Shown: positions 11,984 to 24,506 of the stretch, one piece after another | How positions within the stretch are numbered: position 1 is the stretch's first letter | How the letters are laid out: each line of letters opens with the position of its first letter | From: Klebsormidium nitens | Taxonomy: Eukaryota > Plantae > Klebsormidiophyceae | DNA length: 64,000 nt | Assembly: GCA_000708835.1 (NCBI GenBank) | Contig: DF237272.1 | Span: forward strand, 38,847 to 102,846 | Direction of reading: 5' to 3' | The notes under the pieces: generated by a model | The model's input: only the letters and a program-made list of their open reading frames with translations | What the model was told of the DNA's origin: nothing | Databases searched by the model: none | Translations under genes and position numbers: made by a program

Positions 11984-13213
11984 GATCGGCTTTGGGTAGG
12001 AGATCATTGCCCGCAAGCCTGCGAATCTGCTATAGCGAAGTCAGTTGATCGAGACTAATAGACTTTGGGCAGTGATAGGCAACCGTTGAATCTTCTTGTA
12101 CCACACGCGGCCAGGCTTCAAGTCAAGTATAACGTACCCAGTGTGCATCATCGACCAATAACATTCCCTCTGCCAAACCCGTTCCGGCCAATTTCCAAAC
12201 ATAGTACAGGTTTGCAACGGTACCTCAGAGTCAGTCTTTGGAGCAAGTCTGCCGCCTACCATTGTAACAATTCTGGCCTTACTGAGCAAGCTAATGATCG
12301 TGCACAGTGACTTCGCAAAACTGCAAATAGGAACGGTGCCAGATTGTAAGAAGCGCGACGGTGATTGAAACAGCTAGCTATAGCTGTGCGCGGCCTTTGA
12401 TGCATTTCACATGATGCCGCCATATGTGCAGACTGTGCGGTCCGACCGTGCAGAATACACATGCATGCTTTTGTACGTACATGTTGCCGATGGATCACTG
12501 AACTTTGCATCGCGTCTGAGCATGTAGGTAGGCTGAGATCAGGCCACTTGACAAGCATCATAAATTCATGCATGCACTTTGAGCGACCAAATACACTGCT
12601 TTCTTTGCTCACTTTGAAAGCAGTGTATTTCGAATTCTTCTTCCTGAATTCATCTCTTGGCGCACACGTGCATGTATCCAACAATACGATTTGTCCTGAT
12701 TACTGAAAAACAAAGGCTTAAACAACTTAACAGGTCGGCAGATCGACCATCATGTTTGTACGGTGCGGATCGGTCAAATACGATTTCCATTACCTGGGGG
12801 TTGCAAGTACCCATCCGATCCGATTACCGTGTCTCGTTGATGTCCCTACTCTCAGTCGAGTTGTTCGATCGAAGTCACAGTTCTTTCAGCAAGTTGCTGA
12901 AAAGGTGATCATACCTGAAGCGACTTTCAGCAGATGTGACAGTCAAGTTTATCAAAGCAGGAGGGGCGGACAGAGGCTGTACCACTTCAGAGCAGGCAGA
13001 AAGATGGGGGCGGCAGACCTGCAAACAAAGAGATACGTCAAGAATACGAAGGAAGAGCAGTCGAACTCATTTGGCTGCGGCGGGCACTCCATCTTTCTGC
13101 ACCTTGATCTCAAGCGGGCCACTCCTGTCCTGGGTTCACGTAGTCATCGCATCAAAAATTTCTTGCATACAATTCCCCTCATTTGAGATCACAGTTTCCC
13201 TAGCTCGTGCCTC

Positions 13214-14832
13214 TCAGCACCTACATGCTACCACAATCTCTCTGGAACTGAGGTTGGAGCCCGTCAAGTCCGGTTGGCACTTCTTAAGGTCTTAGCTAGC
13301 CCAAGGCTCGATGGACATGAAAAGGGCTAACAGCAAGCAGAACCTTAGCAATCGGAGGACATATAACGGAGGGGAGATGAGTGGCACAATCTGGCGCACG
13401 CTCCTCTGAACAGTAATGGCTCACCCGTCTTGATTGTGATCACCCGCTCCACCGCATACCTCCGCCTGACATACACCGCCGGTTGCGACAGGTCCCAGGA
13501 CGCGTCCACCGTTCGCCGGAGGCGCCACGCCCCGCTCGGCAGCACCTCGAACATCATAAGCGTCCGGGCCACGCAGTCCCACATGAAGCCCATGGTGGCA
13601 TAGGAGATGGCCATCGAGCTGTTGATTCCGGCGAGCGAGTATGCGTCCTCGTTGAGAATGATCATGGGGTTTCGGACCTTCTTCTCGTGGTCGTACAAGT
13701 GGCCGAACTCGCTGCAGCTGACCATGGCCCCGTACGCATCGGGATCGACGTTGTCATGCGCGAAGTCGCTGATGGTGATCGTCCACGTGTCTCTGCCAAA
13801 GAGCCTCGCAGAGAGGTCTTTGCTGGTCAGTAGGATCTGTAGGGTGCAAGATGCGGGGTCTCAGTACTGCTTTACAAGTTGGGGTTCGATCGGATGCGAA
13901 TGGAGAGAAAAGCAGCCACCATTTCAGGTGCACATTCAAAGGATCGTGCTAAATTAAATGCTATGTCTAAGTAGAAAACCATTTGGCCTCCTTGCAAAGG
14001 GCATGTAAGAAAGTCGTGTTTGAGACCCCACTACCACCACATGTTGCAGGTGGGGAATTTGCATTCAGGGACTGAGTGTGATAATCATAACTTGATTGCA
14101 GAACTACACTCACAGCGAGCTTCATTCTGAACGACTGGCAGGATACGGTGTGGCTTTAGCTTGGACAATTTTGCTGTAGCTCCAACTATACCTACTGTTC
14201 CAACATCTGAGAAGTGAAGCACTCACTCCAATGGGGTGTTCCTCCGTCACAGGCACCGCCTGCGTGCTTGCAATCCTGATGACCCCATCCTCGTCTGACA
14301 GGATGGTCTCGTACTTGGCAGCATACGCAGGGTCCACTCTCCACTTCCGGAGGTCTTTCAAAGGGTCAAACTGCCAGCACTGATGTAACTCAAGCTGCTG
14401 AGTCTTTTTGATCAAGTGCAGCGTAGTCTCTGGCCCCTCAAGGCCCTCTGTCTGGCCTTCTAGCAAACTCTCAACCAGGCTCTTGGAAGGACAAACAGCC
14501 CCCTGCGTGTCTCTCAGCTCATAATGCTTCCTTTCAGCTGCCGCCACATCGAAGTGCTGGATTGCATCGCTAAACAGGTCCCCCATTGTCTGGCCTCTTT
14601 CGTGCCTGAACGCCTGGACTCGGTCTTGAAAAATGACGTTGAGGATCCCAGAAGATTCCTTCACTGCATTAGCGCGCTGCCGCTTTGCGTTGCGCACTCC
14701 GCCCTCCTCGTTAAGGCCGCGAGGCAAAAGATAGCGTGTTTCATCTCCAGAGGGTTGAGCCTTTGCCAAAGACTGCCTGATAGGATACCTCCTCAGCTGT
14801 TCCTCTTTGACAGAGGCCATGTTTCGCCTCAT
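13214..14832 (-). CDS. Hypothetical protein with no recognised domain, about 345 aa
   Basis: Exons 14832-14192 and 13822-13460 are joined in phase, and exon 2 is strongly GC3-biased (KDLSARLFGRDTWTITISDF...WDLSQPAVYVRR). The terminal exon 13247-13214 is tentative. Confidence 0.6.
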
Positions 14833-15951
14833 CTGACGTATCTTCTCTCAAGGTTGGGAATTTCTTCTTTGAAGAATCCTTGCTTTCCTTGCAAAGCTGA
14901 CGACACGTAGGTAGTCAGAACTGACAGTCCCCGGTTTGCAAGACTGTCCGGAGCACGCTTCCTGCACGCTTCCTCTTCTTTTGAGGGGTGATGGGCTGCA
15001 CTCCGGTACCACTTGCGCCTCTGCCACTGGCCGAGGGTCGACTCTAGAGACTACGGTAGGTCGCTAGAGCATGCTCTCGAGTCTCGTGAATCATATGGAA
15101 GCCTAGCATTTTGCAGTCTTCTCGGACTCCCGGCAGATGCAGTGCAGTGTGCGGCGTAGGTACGTTGTGTAGGTACATTTGCATTTCCTCCCCCGGTACT
15201 GATGTTGACCAGAGCCCCGGTGGTTCTACCGGTAGCCTTATTTGAAGGGCTTCTATTATACCGTACTAGGTAATTATAGCTCAGCAGTCTTGACTCAGGC
15301 TCGCTACAGCAGCAGCGTAGCTCCCCGGGTTGCCAACATTGCCAAGTTCTGGGAGAGGAGTATTTGGCGGCAAATTTCTAAAGCATGCGCGTTTAAATTG
15401 GGGTCCAGACAACTAGAGCGAGCTTTTCCAAGTCCTTGCGGATTTCAGGCTTCAGTGAACTATTGAACACGTGTAAGGCTGAGGCACTGCATAGGATCGG
15501 GGATCTGTGATTGGCCTAAAACTTCAGATCGTGGAAGCTTCTTTGGGCGCCACGTCGAGCAGTTACGTATCGGTCTATCGTCTCAGTCTGGACTCTGACC
15601 TCTCGACCTCGCAGGGAAGATCACATGGCCGCTTCTGATGGCGCTTCTGCAGAGAGATCTTTCAGGGCGCTGATGTCAATGGAAGATTTTTCAAATTGCC
15701 TCAGGCTCCAGTGGCAGTAGTCGTCAAGACTGTCTTGATGGTTGCGTGCCCGCATTTCTGAATGCAGCACCAGATCTCCAATTGGGCTTCTAAGTTCTTT
15801 CTCAAGTATATTTCATGAGCGAGTGGAGCGCCCCTATGAGCGAGTGGAGCGGGGCGATTGTGTTCATTGTTCCGGGGGCCTCTCGGAATGCTGTCAGGCA
15901 CATAATGTCACTTTGAAGATGCTTTGATGATCTGATCAGTCACGACACACA

Positions 15952-18900
15952 ATGGCCCAAGCAAGGCTGCGGCCGCTTTCCGGCGCCTCCCTTACTTCCT
16001 GCTTCTTGAACGAAGCTTCTGGGCCCAGCTTGCCGGACAGCCACCGTCAGATCTGCGGACCGTGTCTGTTGCGTGGGCGCATGCTGACAGCTGGCAGAAG
16101 TGGCACCGAGAAGAATGGTCGCTTTGGTGCGCGGGTTGTGGTCGCTGTCGCAGACGCGGTCAATGTCACCGAGACTGCCTCGCAGAAAGGGACTCAGCGG
16201 ACGGCAGGCGGTAGAGCGAGGAAGAACTCAGGGGTGCCAACTAGGCGCGGCGAGGATCTAGACGAGGGGGTGTTCGACAGAGCTGTCCTTGCACTTACCG
16301 ACTCGAGCAAGCCGAACAAAGCAAGCACACCGAAGGGGCGGAGGCCTAGTTCTACAGATGTGGACCTAGTGTCTGCCTTGGCAAACCTGACAACCAGAAA
16401 GAATGCATCCAATGCAAGGGGCGAGGTGGAGCCCAATGCAGGGGACCCTCGAGGGAAAAGGCAGGTTGGGAAGAACGTTGTGGCCTGGCTCTCTCGAGGA
16501 ATGTCGCAAATGGCAACAGAGCTTCTGGACGAATCTAGTTCGCTGCAAGCACGGGTTAGGGAGCCCAACTTCTCGCTAGTGCTAGCGGCGCAGCAGTACC
16601 TGTGGAGAAACAATCAGCCAATGGGGGAGGAGGCAAAGTGCCAGGTGGCAGCGACCCATTTGCCGACGCTGTGGGACCATCTGCAGAGGGAGGTGCGCAT
16701 CATTCTGAGCAGGGAGGGCAGCCCGGAGAAGAATGAGGCGTGGCGCAAAGTCAAGGCCCTTGCGTGGAGACGTAAGCTGCCACATTCCCAGCTGACATCC
16801 TGCATGATTTTGCCTCCTGTTGCCTGTACCAGGTTAAATTGGTCCGGGTCTGCATTTGATACCATTGCTTTTTTGCCTACCCACTCTTGAAATTGTCAGA
16901 TCTCGATGGAAGGGGCTTAGAACACACTAGTTTAGGATGGTGGCTCACCTCGCTAGCGGGAGCCTACATGCTCTTTGCTGTGCAGTTTCTGATTAATAGG
17001 CTTGCGCCCTGGAAGCTAGGTAGCTCTCTCTGCAGCTGTGCTTTGGCCCAGCATGTCTTGTGATGTTGAGTCGATCTTTTTGATTTGCCCGGGCTAATTG
17101 GGAACAGATTATTGGGGCATGGACTCGGAAAGAGTCACTAGACTGACTGCAAGATAGTTTACCAGTTTCCTTCATCAAGTTGCTTTTGTTGGTGAATACA
17201 TTCCTTTTGCGACTGTGCCTGAACACCTCGGATGCGAGTCAGCTGAAAGCATCGTTCAGGATAAGGAGCTTCCAAAGACGGGCATGGACAGGCGCGGTGG
17301 CTCCTGCATTGGCTGCTCTGTTCTGCTTCTTGGCGTGCTTTTAATTCTGAATTGTGACCGTTGAATAAGCTCAATAAAGAGACTTCTCTTCTGCCTGGTT
17401 TTATTTGAGCAGCTGACTATTGATCCTCTGCAATTCTCTAATGCGTCTGGGTTTTTGACCATCCCGTAGGCCAACAAAGAGCATGCTCAAGTATGCTGAG
17501 TCAAATCCCAAATCAAACCGTGATACTGTCCAAAGTGTGCCATGCTTATCATCCTGCTTAATGACAGAACTCGAGCGAGGAATCTTGTCAAACCACAGCT
17601 TGTGAGTTCCTAAAGTCCACACCAGTCCTGACTAGCCTTTGCTCTCCTTGCAGCCGAACACAAGGCCTCCGCCCGCAAAGGCACCCCCGCCGCTGCCCCT
17701 TCTCTGGGTCCCACCCGCGAACAACTTCGTGCGGTTCAGGCCAGGGTGGACGAGTTTGTGAAGAAGGCGAGCGAGTTGTTGGAGATCGAGAGGGCTGCGG
17801 AAGTCGAGGCGACGAAGCGGGCGCTCGACGGGGCGGAGATGCCGGTTGAGGAAGAAGACCGGGACAACAGCCTGCGGAAGATTGTCGTGGTGCGCTCGTA
17901 TACAGGTGGGGGGGGTACTTTTACATTCAATTAATGCTGGCTCTCTGATTGCTTGGAGATGTTCTTTACCAGCGGGTACAACAAAGTCTCTGCCGAGGAG
18001 TTTGAAAATCTCTCTCAGACTCTCAATCTAGGTGGCTATTAGAAGCCTATCTGCTCTGGAACCTGTGAAGTCTGATTTCCTTAGAACTCCTAAGCATATT
18101 TTGACCAAGATCTAACTACCAAGTAACCAAGATCTAACCACCAATTAACCAAGATCTAAGCACCACTTAACCAAAGTCTATGCTTCTAATTGCAGGCCTC
18201 GGTGGGCAGCACCTAGCGCAGCTGCGCAGCGTCGGCCCCCCCGGAAAGAAGCTCCCCCCTTCCGCAATTAGCCCAGGGGATCTGGTTTACCTGCGCCCCG
18301 AGGGTTCGGCGGGGCCGGGGTGGGGGGAGGAGATGCGGGGCACCGTGCAATCATTGGGACAGGACGGGGCGACCATTTCGATTGCACTCGAAAAGAGGCA
18401 TGGGGACCCCGCGACCGCAAAGCTGTTTGGGAGAGTGCTGAGGGTGGATCGCGTCAGGGAGCTGGCAGATGGGGTTACATACGAGGTTAGTGGGCTGGGT
18501 TAAAGGTTACCAGGTATTAAGATACATTTATCATGACACAGCCTCTAGATTTTTGGAGATTGGATGCTGGAAGGGAGGGAGGAGCACATACAGTGATAGA
18601 GTCATGGACGAGCCAAACAAGTAGTCAAATTGTTTGCCGAGTGCGGTGATTCCAGGGCATCCATCGAAGGTTCCTGCGGAGGGGTGTTGCATTTTGGACG
18701 GACGAAATGATACTCAAGGCCTCAGCTGGTTTCCGCATGTCGAGGACCTGAGTACTGGAAAAGTGCGCTGACATCGTCATGTTCTTTGGGTTACAATGTT
18801 GTCTTGCTTCGGAAAGTCCTTTTGACCCCTTTTGCGGTCACTTCTGAACGTCCCAGTGTTCTAACCCGATGTCAATAATGGCCTAGGTTCCATTGTTCGC

Positions 18901-21900
18901 TTTCTTGGACTCCTGAAATTGACGCGATCTTTGTAATGTGCAGCGCAACCTGGCCGCCCTCAAAGCGCTTCAGAAGGGCGGCGTAAAGGCCCCCGCCGCG
19001 CGCGTCATCCGAACGCTCTTCGGTGACGGCCTCAACATCGTCGAAGCCCCCGGGGGGATCCCCCAACCCACATCCCAAACCCCAAACCCGACCACCCCCA
19101 CGGAAGCAGAACCCGAGACTCCTCCAAACACAGCCCCAAAGCTCAAGTTGCTGTTGAAAGAGTCGCAGAGTCGTAAGGGGGGGGTGCGACACCCCGAGGC
19201 GGATTTCGACTATTTGGACGAATCGCAGCAGGGGGCCGTTCGGAAGGCGTTGGATAGGGAGGGGGCCGTGACCGTGATTCAGGGCCCCCCCGGAACGGGG
19301 AAGACGGTCGTTGTGTGTGACATCATCGCAAAGGCGGTGGCGCGGGGGGAACGGGTGCTCGCGACGGCGCCCACCAATGCGGCCGTGGATAATATGGTGA
19401 GGGGCAGTTTCAATCCGCTTGTTCGAGCATCGCACTTGCGTTCGCGTTGCTTCTAGGCTTCCGGATCGGCCGAGAACGACGGATACGTCCATGCCTTTGG
19501 ACCAATTCGCTCTGGGTCTACTAGTATCGAGAGGAACACTCTCTTCAGTCAACCCACTTCTTCCTCTCTTATGTCGAGAAGCTCAGCACGCTTTGTGGTG
19601 CGCGGTGGCAGCTTCGGTTGCCCCTCCTCTCTTGTAGAACCTTTTCCTTCGATTGTCTATTCACCCCCACCTCGTTCCTTTTCTACACAGCTCGAGAAGC
19701 TGGGCATGATGGTCCTCGTTGGCAACCCGCAGTGCATGACCCCTCTCGATTCCTCTTCCTTTTTTCTGGTTGACTTTTCCACTAACAGCTCAATAACCGT
19801 TCCATACTCCACCTCAAACGGCATCTTCCCCTCCGCCGCAGGTCGAGAAGCTCTCAACAATGGGCTTGAACGTCGTCCGTGTCGGCAACCCGCAGCGCAT
19901 GACCCCCGCCGTCACGAGCCGCGCACTTCAGGTGCAGGTCGACGCGGAGCTGGCCGACTGGCGGCGCGACATGGCGCGGCGGCGCGCAGACGTCCGGGAA
20001 GATATGCGCGCGTGCGCACAGGACGAGGAGATGGTGGCGGGGCTCAAGACGATGCTGCGCAAGATGGGGCGCACGCTCAAGACGACGGAGCGGCAGACGG
20101 TAAGTAAACTTGGGTTTGGAAAACTCTGTTCTGGATCGGTTTTCGTTCGTGATTTTGGGGTGTGTTTAAAGTAAAGGAATGCCAATGATTTGCACCAGCT
20201 TCAAGAGGTTGGATTGAGAAAGACCAATCTTTGACTACTGACCGAGACGATGTTGCGCAAGACGAGGCGACTTTGAAAATGACAATGCAGCAGACCGTAT
20301 GAATACAAAGCGGTCACGAAAGGTTTTGGGTATGAACTAGGGTAGCGTTCGGCACAAAATTCGACCGGTGGAACCGTCGAACAAATAGCTTTTGGGGGAT
20401 GATTAAGACGTTATTGCGCAACGTGTGGCGCAAGCGGCAAACGCAAACGGCATGTGTTTTCAGGTACTTTGCTTCGGTGGTCGAGGACTCGGGCTATGCG
20501 TGGGCAAAGTGGATTACACGGGCCGAAATCTTGAAAATGCAGTCGTGAACCTCGCGCCCCTTATAGTTCAACGTCGTCGAAGTCAGCGGCTCTCGTCACG
20601 CGAGTTCTGACTCCTTCTCAGCTGACGTGACACCCCGTTTTCTCCCGCAGGTGAAGCTGATTCTGAGCCAGGCCCAGGTGGTGCTGTGCACCAACTCGGG
20701 TGCGGCCGACTCGCTGGTGCAGAACGAGGGGCCGTTCGACATGGTGGTCGTGGACGAGGCGGGGCAAGCCACCGAGCCAAGCTGCTGGATCCCTCTGCTG
20801 CAGGTAGGAGGCAATTGAATGTTTCAATCGGTTTTCCTTCTCTAGAATTTTAGAAGGCGTTTTTAAACTGGTGTGGACGAGGAGGGACAGATCATCAGGC
20901 CGAACTGTTGGATCTTGCTCTTGCAGGCAATACGCATTCAGCTCCCGCATCAGCTTCGTAGATTTAGGAGTTTTTCAAAGGTGTTGTGTCGTGAATTGTG
21001 GGCAAGCCACCAAACCAAGCTGCTGAACCGTGCTGCTGCATGGAACGCCCTGGTTGTTGACCGTAACAGGATTGACAGCCCTTGCACCTCACTTGCAAGA
21101 CGGGATCTCAGACTGTCGTAGGGCCCGACACAGTCGAGCAACTTGTGCCTTCAAAGCAAACGTCGTTTTGAGTGTGTGTCCATATGCTCGCTCTCCGAGT
21201 TGAAGGACCGCCCTCTTCGCATTTGGTGCTCGCTAGAAGTGGGAGATTCTGCTTGCTTCCATTCCGTCCTTACTGGTCCCCGCATCAGAGACTTTCGCTT
21301 CAGAAGCTTGCAACCTCGGCATCGGCAAGCCGAACTACCAGGAAGAAGGCTTCATAGGTACCTCTGGCAAAAGGAGCATTGAGTGAGGTTTAGAACCCGA
21401 ACTATTTCGATATGCAGGGCAAGCGCGCCATTCTGGCAGGCGATACGTGTCAGCTGGCGCCTACTGTCCTGAGCCGGGAGGCGATGGAGGGCGGCCTCGC
21501 CGTCAGTCTGATGGAGCGCGCGATGAGCCTCTACCAGGGCCGACTGCACTCTATGCTCCAGGTAAGGAACAAATGCAACGGATTTCGCGCAGAGCGCAGA
21601 GACGTAACCTGCCTTTTGTCTTGTGTCTAATGACGTCAGAGCCACGTCGCTCTAGATGACTACTGTACCTGTCTGTGCGTTTGCGGATCAAAGCGAAGCG
21701 GGGTTGCCGAGAGTGAGGGCTGAGATGTGCCCGTCACAAACTTCTTTCTTTCTGAAATTTGAGCACCGTAGTGAAAGGGGGCTGAACTGCTGACCATCGC
21801 GCAACGCTGTCGTGGCGCCTCTCTGTGAGTGTCATGTTTTGGTTCGGGTCAGAAAGGTCCGATGGTTGTTTAGAGATGACCGGTGGTCGATCCATCCCAT

Positions 21901-23698
21901 TCTGGCTCTGCGAGGCGACCTGCCAGTACATGTCGCTCTGTTGTAGCCTCTCATAGCCATCATGCGAATTGGAAAGGTAACATCGTTCATCACGCGTCGC
22001 AGCAATCACTGCGATCTTCTATTTGTTGTCCTTAATGTTACTGCGATTGCAGTGATGTCCTCCTTTTATTCCGTCGGGCCCACCATTTTCTGGTCAAGTG
22101 GGGATCGCGTCCCTTGCCCTCCGGCCTGTCTTCTCCTGATGATTTGCTCCCCGTATTCAGGTGCAATACCGTATGAACGCCGCCATAGCCGACTGGTCCT
22201 CCGTCGAGCTATACAATGGGCAAGTACGCTCTGCCCCCATGGTTGCGAACAAAGTGCTGGCGGACAAGCCGGGCGTTGCCAGCACCCCGACCACTCTGGC
22301 CCCGCTCCTCCTTTTGGACACGAGGGCTCCTCGGGGGAGTCTACTGAGGGGATGCGAGGAGTCGCTTGACGGGAGGTAAGGGAGGCGTCTGAGGCAACTG
22401 AACGGTGCGCGGTGGTTGAATTGCGGGGGGAAAAACTTATCCGTTCGTTTTCTGCTAGAACAGATGGTGTGATCTGACAGGCTCTGAAAGGGTCCGAATG
22501 GAATCCGAGGGATGGAAAGTCTGAAGAATTCCGATCGCTGAGCGAGTTTTGGGCGGCCATCTTTGTTCGAAGCGGAAGCTACCATCAGTACCTAATGAAG
22601 GCGTGGTTATTACATCTCGAGTCTGTTCTTCCATTCTGGGTGTCCTTCGCGGATTCTCAGGTCTGCTTTCCTGACGCACCTCTCTCAATGTGGGCGTGGA
22701 ACCCGTTACATCGTTCATGCAGTCGTCCTCCGTTGCCTTCTGCTAAATCCGACGCCCAGATTGAAATTCCTCGTTCTTTCTTGCAGCGGGAGCGGCTCCT
22801 TGTTCAACGAGGGCGAGGCCACCATTGTCGTCTCCCACGTGTTGGAGTTACTCGCGGCGGGGGTCCCAGGACCCGCAATCGCAGTACAAAGCCCGTATTT
22901 GGCGCAGGTCGAGTTGCTGCAAGCGCGTCTGGCGCAGCACAAGGGAACGGAGGGGGTTGAAGTGGCAAGTATCGATAGCTTCCAGGGGCGTGAAGCGGAC
23001 GCGGTTATTATCTCTATGGTAAGTTCACGGCGGCAGGTTTGAAGGGGTTTGGGTTAGGGTTTCTGTGGGTTTTCAGCCTGGACAGCAGGCGTGCTCGTCA
23101 AACCAAAAGAAAGGCTATGGGTCATGTGGGTCTCAGAGGGTGCGGAGGATCTGGAAAGGGATGGAGGCTCAAGTTGCAAGGTTGCACCTATCCACTTTTG
23201 AGCCGGATTCGCAGTCTCAGGGGGGCCTCTAACGAGTATTAGAGATCGAGAAAGGACTCAGGAGTTTCAAGAAAATGGACTTAGGATTCTCAAGAATCAC
23301 CAAACCCCAGAGCGGTTCGTTTGTGAAGCTTTGGGGTATTAATGACCGCACGCCTGTTGTGAAGACAGGAACGACGATCCGCCCCCTTGAGTACTTACCA
23401 GCTGTCACCGGTGCCTATGATGCAGGTTCGGTCCAACCCGTCCGGCATTGTGGGCTTCCTGGGCGACCACCGGCGCATGAACGTCGGCGTCACGCGCGCG
23501 CGCATGCACGTGGCAGTTGTCTGCGACAGCAGCACCGTCGGGCGGAACCCATTCTTGCTGCGCCTATTGCAGCACATAAAGCGAAGGGGCGAGGTGCGCA
23601 GCGCCGCAGGGGGGGACCCTCAGGGCTCGGAATATGCCCCCCCGCTGCCCATGTCCAAGTGGAAGGGGCAGGGCAACGGGCTGTATACGTCCAACTAG
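15952..23698 (+). CDS. Superfamily 1 DNA/RNA helicase (IGHMBP2/SMUBP-2/UPF1-like), plastid-targeted plant type resembling Arabidopsis At5g35970, 10 exons, about 1029 aa
   Basis: Phase-consistent exons: 15952-16771, 17654-17905, 18196-18485, 18944-19396, 19842-20099, 20651-20803, 21418-21561, 22161-22375, 22787-23018, 23426-23698. SF1 motifs: QGPPGTGKT, TAPTNAAVDN, DEAGQ, LAGDTCQL, QYRM, SIDSFQGREAD, RRMNVGVTRAR. The N-terminus is transit-peptide-like, followed by the plant-type GDPRGKRQVG...THLPTLWDHLQRE segment. Confidence 0.9.
18104..18180. repeat. 22-bp minisatellite, 3.5 copies, directly upstream of a helicase splice acceptor
   Basis: accaagatctaactaccaagta / accaagatctaaccaccaatta / accaagatctaagcaccactta / accaaagtcta. 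Confidence 0.9.
19573..21040. repeat. Intronic degenerate copies of helicase exon edges
   Basis: Copies at 19573-19584 and 19681-19745 (exon 5 start), 20244-20302 (exon 5 end), and 20873-20926 and 20999-21040 (exon 6 end). Confidence 0.8.
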
Positions 23699-24506
23699 GA
23701 TAGGAACAATTTGCAGGTGTATCGATATTCAGGGAATAAATTAGCGGCTCGCTCTGGCTGAGTTTGAGAAAGTCAGGTGCTTTCCGCTGCAGAAAGCTGG
23801 CTCAGGGAAAGGGGTTGCCCCGCCCTGAAGTCGGCACAGCTGCGCAAGGTGTTGTTGCGATAGGATCCGCCCATGCACAGGCAAAGGTAGCTGTACAGGC
23901 CGCGTGTATGCGGAGATTGTTTGGAAACGAACTTGGTACGTTTAGGAACAAGAAGCGCGGCATGTGCAGCTTAAATGCAGACACACTCTTTTTCAAGCTA
24001 GACTCACGAGTTGACATAGGTAATGCAACAGGTCGGGATTTGACTGCAACGCTTATGTATGGGCATTGCGCCGACATTGGACGCTCCGGTATTTACAGTC
24101 TCAAGTATCTCAAAGCAGGATTGCGTAAAGCTTCGCGACATGCTCGTGACTCGAACCTATCATTTCAGTTGCCCACACTTTGATGCCCATGTAGTTGAGA
24201 TGGACTTGCCTGGCTGTCCAATGTGGCAGATGGGTTCTCAAAAATAAAAATCACTACAGGAGCTATACTTTGCCAAATCGGACCAATCTAGGTATTGCAT
24301 AAAGTGGTATGAACCATGCTGAGCTTGGGTCCATGCAATTTGTCCAAGCATCTCATCCCCTTTCCAACTCTGATCGATACGTTCTACATTTCTCGCCCCA
24401 TATGCATTCCAGAGCAATTCGGAGATTCAAAGCAAAACTTGAAGAATTGCAATTGCAGATGAACTGATTTTGAAAGCACCTTTGTACACACATCTGCGGT
24501 CCCTGG

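Noticed and set aside
15288-15370. tagctcag resembling a tRNA A-box, and gttcgagtcc at about 28360 resembling a T-loop
   Set aside because: Neither has a partner box at the right spacing or a cloverleaf pairing.
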